The translations under genes were made by a program, and so were the position numbers. The notes below the pieces were generated by a model that was not told the origin of the DNA, did no database searches, and saw only the letters and a program-made list of their open reading frames with translations. From positions 52,390,001-52,454,000 of the forward strand of contig NC_043010.1 in NCBI RefSeq assembly GCF_006345805.1: a stretch of DNA of 64,000 bases. The letters run 5' to 3'. Positions 24,740-36,994 of the stretch are shown piece by piece. Origin of the DNA: Octopus sinensis (lineage: Eukaryota). How positions within the stretch are numbered: the first letter of the stretch is position 1; each line of letters opens with the position of its first letter.

Positions 24740-26999
24740 TGTATGTATGTATGTATGTTGTATGTATGTATGTATGTATGTATGTGTGTGTGTATGTATG
24801 CATGTATGTATGTATGTATGTATGTATGTATGTATGTGTGTGTATGTATGTATGTATGTATGTATGTATGTATATGTATTTATGTATGTATGTATTTATG
24901 TATGTATGTATTTATGTATGTATGTATGTATATGTATTTATGTATGTATGTATGTATGTATGTGTGTGTGTATGTATGTATGTATGTATGTATGTATGTA
25001 TATGTATTTATGTATGTATGTATTTATGTATGTATGTATGTATGTATGTATGTATGTATGTATGTATGTATGTATGTATGTATGTATGTGTGTGTGTGGT
25101 ATGTAGTATGTATGTATGTATGTATGTATGTATGCATGCATGTATGTATGTATGTATGTATGTATGATGTATGTATGTATGTGTGTTGGTATGTATGGTA
25201 TGTATGTATGTATGTATGTATGTATGTATGTGTGTGTATGTATGTATGTATGTATGTATGTATATGTATTTATGTATGTATGTATTTATGTATGTATGTA
25301 TTTATGTATGTATGTATGTATATGTATTTATGTATGTATGTATGTATGTATGTGTGTGTGTATGTATGTATGTATGTATGTATGTATGTATGTATGTATG
25401 TATGTATGTATGTGTGTGTGTATGTATGTATGTATGTATGTATGTATATGTATTTATGTATGTATGTATTTATGTATGTATGTATTTATGTATGTATGTA
25501 TGTATGTATATGTATTTATGTTTGTATGTATGTATGTATGTGTGTGTGTATGTATGTATGTATGTATGTATGTATGTATGTATGTATGTATGTATGTATG
25601 TATGTGTGTGTGTATGTATGTATGTATGTATGTATGTATGTATATGTATTTATGTATGTATGTATTTATGTATGTATGTATGTATTTATGTATGTATGTA
25701 TTTATGTATGTATGTATTTATGTAGTGTATGTATGTATATGTATGTATGTATGTATGTATTTATGTCTGTATGTATTTAGTATGTAGGTATGTATATGTA
25801 TTTATGTATGTATGTATGTATGTATGTGTGTGTGTATGTATGTAGGTGTGTATGTATGTGTGTGTGTAGTATGTATGTATTGTGTATGTATGTGTGTGGT
25901 GTATGTATGTATGTATGTGTGTATGTATGTATGTATTTATGTATGTATGTATGTAGTTATTGTATGTCTGTATGATGTATGTATGTATGTATTATGTAGT
26001 ATGTATGTATTTATGTATGTATGTATGTATGTATGTATTTATGTATGTATGTATGTATGTATGTATGTATGTATGTTTATGTATGTATGTATGTTGTATG
26101 TATGTATGTATAGTATGTATTTATGTATGTATGTATGTATGTACGTGTATGTATGTACTATTAAGTTCGGTGTGCTGTGTTTGTTATGTGTGTATTCAAG
26201 TGATCGTGGATGTTTATATATTTATATATGTATCTGTATGTACGTACGTATGTATCCGTGCATGCATGTATGTATATATACTTACATACATGCATAAAAA
26301 CACACACAAACCACACAAACATACACACTTGCATACATCCATCGTACATACAACGCACATACATATATACATGCACACACATACATACATACATACATAC
26401 ACGCATACATCTACATACATGCATACATCTACATTCATACATTCATACATACATACATACACACATACATACATTCATACATACATACATACACACATAC
26501 ATACATTCATACATTCATACATACATACATACACACATACATACATTCATACATTCATACATACATACATACACACATACATACATTCATACATTCATAC
26601 ATACATACATACACACATACATACATTCATACATACATACATACATACATACATACATACATACATACATACATACATACACGCATACATCTACATACAT
26701 GCATACATCTACATTCATACATTCATACATACATACATACACACATACATACATACATACATTCATACATTCATACATACACACATACATACATTCATAC
26801 ATACATACATACATACACGCATACATCTACATACATGCATACATCTACATTCATACATACATACATACATACATACATACATACATACATCATGTATGTC
26901 CTTTTGTATTCTATTTACTGTTACCTGTATATATCTATAGGCATGTCTGTTATTTATTTTAAACATTAGGTATATATATATATATATGTATATATTATC

Positions 27000-27083
<84 letters not shown>

Positions 27084-27110
27084 AGTCATATATCTTGTAC
27101 ACATTACTAT
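21780..27110. repeat. Microsatellite mega-block, mostly (TA)n, (CATA)n and (TATG)n, with short embedded relics
   Basis: (CATA)n ~22920-24200, (TATG)n ~24706-26150, (CATA)n ~26290-26890; source of the YVCM/HTYI pseudo-ORFs. Confidence 0.95.
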
Positions 27111-27645
27111 ATACATGATATACTACAAGGTGTATAAACGTATATATTCATTGGTGTATATCTTCTGTACATTACATTGTATTCATTTTGCCGTCAGGTA
27201 GCCGCTCGATCCGCTAAACATAGCAGGCAAATGTTCCTCAAAAGTCGTATAATATCTATGCTGAAAGTGAAGAGTATTTTTGATAATTCAGCCATTTATA
27301 AATAAAAGCACAGGATGGTCATAGTTGGAAAGCCTTTCATGATAGGTTTGATCGATCACGGTTGACTTGTGGCTAAGCTAAACAACTGTGTCAGTTCTAC
27401 GCTCGTGTCAGTGATGTATGTATGTATGTATGGATGGATGGATGCATGTATGCATGCATGCATGTATGTATGTACGTTTGTGTCTATATGTATGTGTATG
27501 TACGTATGTTTGTGTATGTTTCTGTGTATCTATGTATGTCTGTTTCAAATATATATATATATACACACACAGAGACATATATATAATATATATATATAGC
27601 TATATATATATATATATATATGCATATATGTATATATATATATAA

Positions 27646-27691
<46 letters not shown>

Positions 27692-27692
27692 T

Positions 27693-27723
<31 letters not shown>

Positions 27724-27837
27724 CATACATATATATATAAAGTTAATCCAAACAAGAAAACACAAAAAAACACAACAACGCGAAGACGTCGAACAAATAT
27801 AGTATTATTGGACGCTCAGGAAAGAAGGGAAGAAGGA

Positions 27838-27876
27838 GGCTTTAACGTTTCGAGCGGAGCTCTTCGTCGGAAACAT
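27838..27876 (-). ncRNA. Minimal type-I hammerhead-like motif (CCGACGA core variant) in a pLTR-like module
   Basis: Minus strand reads ttt-CCGACGA-A-GAGC-tcc-GCTC-GAAAC-GTT-aaa. Confidence 0.55.
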
Positions 27877-28029
27877 AGGAGAAGGAAAGATCCAGAGAAG
27901 TGAAGACAGAGGAAAAACAATCGCCAACGGTACACACGAGGTCATATATATATATATATATATATATAGTTGAAGTTTGCAGAAAAACAAAAGACTAAGA
28001 CAGGTATATGAACAACCAGCAGGATGTAT

Positions 28030-28340
28030 TAGCTTGACGCACGGGAAAATGAGAAAGTCTTTTACGTTTCGAGCCTACGCTCTTCAACAGAAAGGAATAT
28101 GAGAAAATAAACAGAGAGAGAATAAAAACAAAAAAAATTGCTGATCAGAAATTTATTATTGCTTAAATATATTTATATATATATATTCTCTCCTTCTTTT
28201 CTCTCCTTGTTTTTTCTGTGTCCCTTTCTGTAGAAGAGTGTAGGCTCGAAACGTAAGAGACTTTTACTATTCCTGAGCGTAATACTAATACATCTGTTTG
28301 TTTTGTACACCACCTATCTTCGTCTTTTGTTTTTTGTCGT
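28030..28340. mobile_element. Divergent inverted pair of HHR-like pLTR modules
   Basis: Minus 28058-28094 and plus 28223-28262: cttt-CTGT(T/A)GAA-GAG(C/T)gtagGCTC-GAAAC-GTA-a(a/g)ag. Confidence 0.65.
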
Positions 28341-28451
28341 AAATTCTCCCTATATATATATATATATATATAATATATAATATATATATATACTACCATA
28401 TGGCTGAACATATAAAAGAATAAAAGAACATACACACACACACACACACAT

Positions 28452-28489
<38 letters not shown>

Positions 28490-28650
28490 TACACGCACAC
28501 ACACACAAACTCTTGTATGCTTGTATAATATCTCCATTATGTATGTGTATGTATGTATGTATGTGTATATTTTTTCTATTACATGCGTAGATGCATGTGT
28601 TTTGATATAAGCGCGTTTGCGCACACATTTGTGCGTATATCAGGGAGAGT

Positions 28651-28690
<40 letters not shown>

Positions 28691-28892
28691 GCGAAAAAGA
28701 GAAAAAAAACACAGAGAGAGAGGGAGAGAGAGAGAGATTGTTGATGTTGAAAGGTTTCTTGAGATATAAATATATATATATAATTATGCACTTGTATGAA
28801 CGCTGTTATGTGTGTACACTTGTATATAACGCGTGTGTATAAGCAATTTGAAAGTGGAATAAATTGTTTGCCGTGGTAGTCGTGGCCTTCAT

Positions 28893-28944
<52 letters not shown>

Positions 28945-29172
28945 GGTGGTGCTAGTGGTGGTGGTGGTGGTGATGGTGGTGGTAGAAGTATATTTCCCCA
29001 ATATGTTTAACGTTATATAATATATATACACCATACATATACACATACGCACACATGTATGGATGGATGCGTGTGCGTACGTCTGTGTGTGTGTGTGTGT
29101 TTGCGTGAGTATGATTCAAATGCCACTACATCGCAAGTGTAGCGTATCCTTGGAATGTAGCCATTATTGTAC

Positions 29173-29224
<52 letters not shown>

Positions 29225-29479
29225 TCACACATTAATCTATTTATACATACATACATGCATGTGTATATGTGTTTATGTGTGTGTCTCACTCCCTGTGTCT
29301 GTAAATATATATATTATATATATATATATATTATATAGTATTAGTGTGTGTATATATATGTATGTATATATGCATGTATGTATGTATGTGTGAGTAAACG
29401 CGTGTGTAGTTGTTACACATAATATATATATATATACGTACGCATACACACACACACACACACACATATGTATATATAT

Positions 29480-29510
<31 letters not shown>

Positions 29511-29565
29511 ATATATATATATATATATAATATATATATATTATATATATATGTATATATATATG

Positions 29566-29596
<31 letters not shown>

Positions 29597-29640
29597 ATAT
29601 TATATCTATTATTATATAATATATATATATTATATGAATG
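28340..29640. repeat. Mixed (TA)/(CA)/(GA)/(TAG)/(TGG) microsatellite field
   Basis: Direct inspection. Confidence 0.9.
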
Positions 29641-29984
29641 ATTGCACGTGCTTAATATCAATTCATTTTGTGATGACATCTATTTACCGGGAGTGCTCAA
29701 CAATTAATTACAAATTAGCCGGGGGCTACGGTAAATCTCTATATGAATTAAATAAGCAACAAACAAAAAGTCTAAATTTCATCTATATGTACAAGAAATA
29801 GTTGTGCCTTAGGAGGGTCATTATGCTACTATCAATTACACACGCACTGATTCAATTTCATTCTTTAATTATTAGTCATTTGGTTGTACTTGTGTTAATA
29901 ATATTGACGTAATGACTCTTCAAAGACACAACAAAATTTGTTCCAATACACGAATTCACATTAAGCTTCCTGCAAACCAAAACC

Positions 29985-30023
<39 letters not shown>

Positions 30024-30039
30024 GGTGGAGTGTATACGT

Positions 30040-30322
30040 TTGTTCCTTCTCAAGCCATTCCTGGCTCATAGGGCCGGTTTTCCTGTTTCCTTGGCGTATA
30101 GGTTCCCCAACCTGAACGGGACGCCGGTCCGTCGCAGGTGGAAAGAGTGAGACAAAGTTGTGGCGAAAGAGTTAGCAGAAGTTCGCCATTACCTTCTGCC
30201 GGAGCCGCGTGGAGCTTAGGTGTTTCGCTCATAAACACACACATCACCCGGTCTGAGATTCGAACCCGCAATCTTTCGACCGCTAGGTCGCTGCTCTAAC
30301 CACTAGGCCATGTGCCTCCACG
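30040..30322 (-). mobile_element. Diverged SINE C with tail type 4 (V-domain-like)
   Basis: C head on the minus strand at ~30320; tail reads cctgcgacggaccggcgtcccgttcagg...accggccctatgagcc, resembling the V-SINE domain as I recall it. Confidence 0.6.
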
Positions 30323-30364
30323 TGTGTATACGTATTTACCTTTTTATATTTACCTTTTCTTGGA

Positions 30365-30662
30365 AGCGCAATGACCCAGTGGTTAGGGCAGCGGACTCGC
30401 GGTCGTAGGATTGCGGTTTCGATTCCCAGACCGGGCGTTTTGAGTGTTTACTGAACGAAAACACCTAAAGCTCCACGAGACTCCAGCAGGGGGTGGTGGC
30501 GATCCCTGCTGTACTCTTTCACCGCAACTTTCACTCTTTCTTCTGTTGGCCTGCTCGCTTAGCCAGCGGGGTGGCGTCATTCGAAGGCTAAAACAATGCG
30601 AAGCGCATTGTGACCAGCGATGTGTAACAACATCTGATAGCCTGGTCGGTCACGTGATCATG
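30365..30662 (+). mobile_element. SINE family C, tail type 2
   Basis: C head/body then ctgttggcctgctcgcttagccagcgggg...ggtcggtcacgtgatca. Confidence 0.9.
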
Positions 30663-30987
30663 TGATATTTACCTTTTCAGCTTTTTCAGACATATTGTTT
30701 TGTTTTCGTAAGTAGCTAGTCGTGTCCGAGTAAGGGGATTCTGTAATTTCTTGCTGAATATGCGGCACACATGATTTATTTATAGTGATTAGATGTTTGT
30801 GCTGTACACAGGTGCACAGTGTATCACACGTGGGATACCGACGTGAGCGTAGAGCAAACGTGAAATGAAGTGTTTTACTCAAGAATAAAATGCATCGCCC
30901 GATCCAGGAATCGAAACCACGATCTCGCGATCTTGAACACCCTAACTACCAGGTTGCGCAACATCATATTGAAAATATTCTTTTCAA

Positions 30988-31188
30988 CTCTAGGCACAAG
31001 GCCCGAAATTTTAGTAGGAGGGGGGCCAGTCGATTGGATCGACCCTAGTACGCAACTGGTACTTAATTTATCGACCCCAAAAGGATGAAAGGCAAAGTCG
31101 ACCTCGGCGGAATTTGAACTCAGAACGTAAAGACAGGCGAAACACCACTAATCATTTTACCCGGCGTCCTAACGATTCTCGCCGCCTT
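30988..31188 (-). mobile_element. SINE family B
   Basis: Family consensus. Confidence 0.85.
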
Positions 31189-31209
31189 ATCATATTGAAA
31201 ATATGAGTG

Positions 31210-31370
31210 GTAAGCAGCTTGTGTGGTAAGTAGCTTGCTTACCAACCACATGGTTCCGGGTTCAGTCCCACTGCGTGGCATCTTTGGCAAGTGTCTTCTG
31301 CTATAGCCCCGGGCCGACCAATGCCTTGTGAGTGGATTTGGTAGACGGAAACTGAAAGAAGCCCGTCGTA

Positions 31371-31452
<82 letters not shown>

Positions 31453-31653
31453 TGTGTTTATCCCCCTAGCATTGCTTGACAACCGATGCTGGTGTGTTTA
31501 CGTCCCCATCACTTAGCGGTTCGGCAAAAGAGACCGATAGAATAAGTACTGGGCTTACAAAGAATAAGTCCCGGGGTCGAGTTGCTCGATTAAAGGCGGT
31601 GCTCCAGCATGGCCGCACTCAAATGACTGAAACAAGTTTTTACTTGTTTCAGT
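31210..31653 (+). mobile_element. SINE family A with snap-back tail
   Basis: Full copy ending actgaaacaagt-tttt-acttgtttcagt. Confidence 0.9.
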
Positions 31654-31874
31654 AAGGAGAGAGTATAGAAAATACGAATGTGATCGAGTTTTTTTTTTTG
31701 TTGTTGTTATTTTTTTCTTTTTCGTTTAAGTTTCTTGTAGTTTGTATGGAACAACAAAGGGTCCAATCCATTCAATACCGTTTCTATATCCTCATTATCT
31801 CGTCACAGAGAATATAAACTAATATAACTAGCTGGTCCCGTGCCGTCAAAAATGACGGCTGGCAAAAATGAGTA

Positions 31875-32056
31875 GTACCTGTATTTCAAAAGGGCCAGCC
31901 TTGTCACACTTTGTGTCATGCTGAATCTCCCTGAGAACTACGTTAAAGGCACACGAATCTGCGGATTGCTCAGCCACTTGCACGTTAATTTCACGAGCAG
32001 GCTGTTCCGTTAATCGTATCAGCTGGGACCCTCGTCGTCGTTACCGATGGAGTGCA
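31875..32056 (+). mobile_element. SINE C tail type 1 fragment (diverged)
   Basis: gtacctgtatttcaaaagggcc...cgtcgttaccgatggagtgc. Confidence 0.75.
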
Positions 32057-32165
32057 GTAAGTTTAGTAGACTGTTGTTCTGCGCGGGTTTACTATATGGA
32101 TATTATTTACATCATTTACATTATTTACATTCAACGGGTATTTGTTCTCATCTTTATTTGTTGTT

Positions 32166-32211
32166 AACACGACGTTTCGGCTGATACACCCTCCAGCCTT
32201 CATCAGGTGTC
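32166..32211 (-). ncRNA. Minimal type-I hammerhead ribozyme
   Basis: Minus strand: gacac-CTGATGA-A-ggctg[10 nt]cagcc-GAAAC-GTC-gtgtt; all helices pair and the cleavage triplet is GUC. Confidence 0.8.
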
Positions 32212-32260
32212 TTGGGGGGAAATTTCGAACCTGGGTTCTCATTCCTAAGGTATTTTCCGA

Positions 32261-32324
<64 letters not shown>

Positions 32325-32411
32325 ATGCTCACGGGCATATGGCGTAGTGGTTAAGAGCGCGGGCTGCTAACCCCCAAGATTCCGAATTCGATTCCAACCA
32401 GTGACCTGAAC

Positions 32412-32470
<59 letters not shown>

Positions 32471-32522
32471 TAACATCGAAAAATACCTTAGGAATGAGAA
32501 CCCAGGTTAGAAATTTCCCCAA

Positions 32523-32568
32523 GACACCTGATGAAGGCTGGAGGGTGTATCAGCCGAAACGTTGTGTC
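32523..32568 (+). ncRNA. Minimal type-I hammerhead ribozyme
   Basis: gacac-CTGATGA-A-ggctg[gagggtgtat]cagcc-GAAAC-GTT-gtgtc; perfect helix I and helix II. Confidence 0.8.
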
Positions 32569-32842
32569 AACAACAAATAAAGATGAGGACAAATATCCGT
32601 TGAATGTAAATAATGTAAACAATGTAAATAATGCACATAATTTCTCATCTCTTAAATATGGGACTGTATTACTTTATGGATGTCTATTATGGAAATAAAG
32701 AATCCATTCGCAAAAAAATGTCTCTTGCAGAAAGCTTTCTATCGGCTTCATTTATTGCCCTTGTATGTTTCCATCATAATTATAATTAATAATTATAAGA
32801 ATAATAATCATAATAATCATTATAATTAATAATCATAATCAT

Positions 32843-33245
32843 AGGCGCAGGAGTGGCTGTGTGGTAAGTAGCTTGCTTACCAACCACATGGTTCCGGGTT
32901 CAGTCCCACTGCGTGGCACCTTGGGCAAGTGTCTTCTTCCCACGGGCATAAGGTGTAGTGGTTAAGCCTTGTGAGTGGATTTGGTAGACGGAAACTGAAA
33001 GAAGCCCGTCGTATATATGTATATATATATATGTGTGTGTGTGTGTGCGTGTGTGTTTGTGTTTGTCCCCCTAGCATTGCTTGACAACCGATGCTGGTGT
33101 GTTTACGTCCCCATCACTTAGCGGTTAAGCAAAAGTGACCGATAGAATAAGTACCGGGCTTACAAAGAATAAGTCCCGGGGTCGAGTTGCTCGACTAAAA
33201 GGCGGTGCTCCAGCATGGCCGCAGTCAAATGACTGAAACAAGAAA
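32843..33245 (+). mobile_element. SINE family A carrying a ~27-bp patch from the family G head
   Basis: Normal ctactatagcctcgggccgaccaa is replaced by tcccacgggcataaggtgtagtggtt at ~32938-32964. Confidence 0.88.
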
Positions 33246-33282
33246 AAAAATAGTCATTATAATTAATAATAATAATAATAAT

Positions 33283-33490
33283 CCTTTCTACTATAGGTAC
33301 AAGGCCTGAAAATTTGTAGGAGGGGCCAGTCGATTATATTGACCCCCAGTGCGTAACTGATACGTATTTCATCAACCCCGAAAGGATGAAAGGCAAAGTC
33401 GACTTCGGTGGAATTTGAACTCAGAACGTAAAGACGGACGCAATGCCGCAAAGCATTTTTCCCGGCGTGCTGCCGATTCTACCAACTCAC
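33283..33490 (-). mobile_element. SINE family B
   Basis: Family consensus with (aat)n tail side. Confidence 0.87.
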
Positions 33491-33930
33491 CATGATAATA
33501 ATCATCATCTTCGTTACCATCATCATCATCGTCGTCGATATCATCATCATCATCATCATCATTATCATCAATCTAGGACTCGTAGGGTCGGTTACCTGGT
33601 TACCGTGTACTGCAGGTCACCAAGATGACAGCGTTCCCCAATGAGTGCTGCAAAAATCATTCATTTACATGCATGAGATAGCGTGGCTTTTAGCCTGTTC
33701 AATATTAAAATTATTCTTGGATATGGTGTACAAAATGGAGCGTGACTAGAAATGGCATGCACAGATTCGTAAATATTCCAGTTGCTTTCTGTGAGTCCTC
33801 AAAAACTTTATTGATTTTGTGAATTTCATGCAGCAAAGGATACTGCACGGATGGCATAAAAACAAACTCCGATTTCTTCATATGTACCAGAACAGTACTG
33901 GCTTGCATTCTTGCAATTGGTATAGGAATG

Positions 33931-34460
33931 TTCTGTTGTGTCTGGGGAGAGTCATTTTCTTTTTGTGCCTTATAATTTAACACACTAAAAGGCGGCGATC
34001 TGGCAGAAACGTTAGCGCGCCGGGCGAAATGCTTAGCAGTATTTCGTCTGTCGTTACGTTTTAAGTTCGAATTCCGCCAAGGTCGACTTTGCCTTTCATC
34101 CTTTCGGGGTCGATAAATTAAGTACCAGTTTCGCCCTGGGGTCGATGTAATCGACTTAATCCCTTTGTCTGTCCTTGTTCGTCCCCTTTATGTTTAGCCC
34201 CTAGTGGGCAGTAAAGAAATATATAATTTAACATACTCACCGGTAAAATTTCCACTTATTTCTTATTTTTATTTTCCTAAAATTTTCTCATTGCGTCTGG
34301 CAGCCTTTTCAATAGTCTTGACTCTCTAGTCTTGGAAAAGTTGCAAGACGCAACGAAACTTTTAGGAAAATAATAAGAAGAAATAAGTGGATATTTTACC
34401 GGTCAGTGTGTTAAATTATAAGGCACAAAAAGAAAATGATTCTCCCCAGACACAACAGAA
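33931..34460. mobile_element. Palindromic (foldback/MITE-like) element with ~125 bp arms, interrupted by SINE B
   Basis: ttctgttgtgtctggggagag... / ...ctccccagacacaacagaa; SINE B at ~33986-34221 is flanked by duplicated tataatttaaca; further copies at 34565-34785 and 49927-50030. Confidence 0.8.
33988..34221 (+). mobile_element. SINE family B
   Basis: Family consensus with TSD. Confidence 0.9.
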
Positions 34461-34564
34461 TATGCTTCAACACACAAACTCATATAAAGAATCTTGCAAA
34501 CCAAATCCAAAAACGAAACATACATATTTACATATATATTAATACATATATACATACATATATA

Positions 34565-34785
34565 CTGTTGTGTCTGGGGAGAGTCATTTTCTTTTTGTGC
34601 ATTATAATTTAACACATTCACCGGTAAAATTTCCACTTATTTCTTATTTTTATTTTCCTAAAATGTTCTCATTGTGTCTTGCAACCTCTTCAATAGTCTT
34701 GACTCTCTAGTCTTGGAAAGGTTGCAAGACGAAACTTTTAGGAAAACAATAAGAAATAAGTGGAAATTTCACTGGTGAGTATGAA
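34565..34785. mobile_element. Second, truncated copy of the palindromic element
   Basis: Near-identical to the 33933-34400 sequence without the SINE. Confidence 0.8.
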
Positions 34786-34799
34786 ACTGAAACGATGAA

Positions 34800-35020
34800 A
34801 CAGCCACCCCGCTGGCTAAAGCGAGTGCGCCAACAGAAGAGTGAGAGAAAGTTGTGGCGAAATATTACAGCAGAGACCGCCACCTTCCCCTGTCGGAGCC
34901 TCGTGGAGCTTTAGGTGTTCTCGCTCAATAAACACTCACAACGCCCGGTCTGGGAATCGAAACCGCGATCTTACGAGCGCGAGTCCGTTGCCCTAACCAC
35001 TGGGCCATTACGCCTCCACA
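34800..35020 (-). mobile_element. SINE family C, tail type 2 (partial)
   Basis: C head on the minus strand plus the start of tail 2. Confidence 0.85.
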
Positions 35021-35128
35021 TATTATATATATATAATATATATACGTGTATATATGAGCGCCTATTAATAATAATACTGTAATTGTTCCATTGTTGTTGT
35101 TTTTTTGTTTTCCCGTTTGGATTAAAAT

Positions 35129-35190
<62 letters not shown>

Positions 35191-35833
35191 CGCACACACA
35201 CACACACACATATATGTCGATGAGTGTATTTCATTTGTCTCTTACCGCCACTTTACAAGCAGTGTTTGTTTGTTTGCGTTCTCGTTGCCTAGCGTTTCAG
35301 CAAGAGTGATTGATCGAAAAAATACCAGGCATGAAAAGAAAAAAAAAAAAGAATAAAAACATTAAAAAATGGGGTCGCTTTTTTTTCCACTAAACCCGAA
35401 CCCTTCTAGGAGTGCTCCAGCATGGCCGCAGCTCAATGGCTAAAACAACTAAACGAATAAAAGTTATTACCTTATTTCCATATCGCGTTCAGTTGTGAGA
35501 AAGAAATGGATAATACTTAACTGCCAAAATGGTTGCCATTATTTTGATTCAAAAGGTTGTCTTCCCTGAAAGCTTGGCTTCATCCTGTTTACGCGTATAT
35601 TACATGCAAACACAGGCTTTCAGTACTACTGTGCTATTATTATTATTCTGTTTGTAATTCATCTCCTTGTATTTGTTCTGCTAGCTTTGATATCCAAGAT
35701 TGAACTGCGTTTTATTTTTCAAGTCTGCCAACAGAGCTATTCTTAAATCAAAAAGTTGTTTTCACTAACCCGGAATTGTAAGGGAAAAATAATAATAATA
35801 GTAATAATAATAATAATAATAATAAATATGATA

Positions 35834-35894
<61 letters not shown>

Positions 35895-36114
35895 CCAGCA
35901 GATGTAGATGTGTGATTTAGAAGCTCTCTTTGTAAATACGAGATTTTCGATTCAATCCCGCTGCGTGACACCTTGGGGAATATCTTTTACTGGAGAACCC
36001 CAGGCCAATTAATGCCTTACGGGGGAATTTGGTTGATGGAAACTGTGAAAGCCATCGTATACATACATACATATGTATGCATGCATATCTTCCTCTTTCA
36101 CACACTCTCTCTCT

Positions 36115-36191
<77 letters not shown>

Positions 36192-36726
36192 ATATATATA
36201 TATATATATATATGTATATGTATATATATATATATGTATATATAATACATTTCTAATCTCTCAGAGAGATTTAGAAATGTATTATTTCTATTTTCTATTT
36301 TCGGAATCAGTGAATGTATATCACTTGAATTATTATATGTATACAGAGGCAGATAAGCATCGACAGCTAGCAAGCCATACTACTCCAGACTGACGGCGAG
36401 AAATGACTCAGAAACTGGTCTCTGGATGTTGGCTTTGCTGGGTGGAGGTGCTTATCTCCCCTCTCCCCCCCCTTTGTAAACATAAGGACACAGGAAATGT
36501 GTCAAGGCCGACAGAAAGCGGTGCTTCCTAGGGCTAAATAGCAGTAGTATTATTCCCTTTCATGGGACTGTCACATTAAGTTCACAACATACCACCACTT
36601 TTTATATATATATATATCAAAAGCATGTGTTATAAACTACTATTCCACAGCATGCCAACAATCCAACATACCTCCAATCATCAGCTGCCACACTGATATC
36701 ATTATGGTTTCGATACCTGGGCATCG

Positions 36727-36791
<65 letters not shown>

Positions 36792-36994
36792 GTGTATGTA
36801 TGTATGTTGTATGTATGTATGTATGTATGTATGTATGTATGTATGTATGTATATACACACACGCACATACACACACACTCGAGTGGTGCTAAAAAGTATC
36901 TGGATTTGGGTAATAGAAAACACAAGAGGATCAGTTAATACGACATGTTGACCTTGTGACAAAATTTGAAACCATTATTATTATTATTATTATT

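Larger units (their letters stand above)
32098..32667 (+). mobile_element. tRNA-headed, hammerhead-bearing element (family G) with an inverted headless copy at its 5' side
   Basis: Head 32330-32411 (A box TGGCGTAGTGG, B-box-like GAATTCGATTCC), (AAT)n, body and HHR; 32098-32323 is the reverse complement of ~32412-32635. Confidence 0.85.

Noticed and set aside
22759-26962. Long ORFs up to 353 aa (YVCM/HTYI repeats)
   Set aside because: Translations of (TATG)n/(CATA)n microsatellites open in many frames; no coding signal
29640-29960. Unique TAAT-rich segment as an enhancer
   Set aside because: TAAT motifs are expected by chance at this AT content and conservation cannot be assessed here
31826-31862. 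Helitron-like 3' end (hairpin gccgtca-tttt-tgacggc plus CTAG) on the minus strand
   Set aside because: Only ~37 bp with no matching 5' end; too little support
32330-32411. Bona fide tRNA gene
   Set aside because: A and B boxes are present but the acceptor and anticodon stems do not close, and it runs into a repeat body; treated as a SINE-type head. The same applies to the family A, C and E heads
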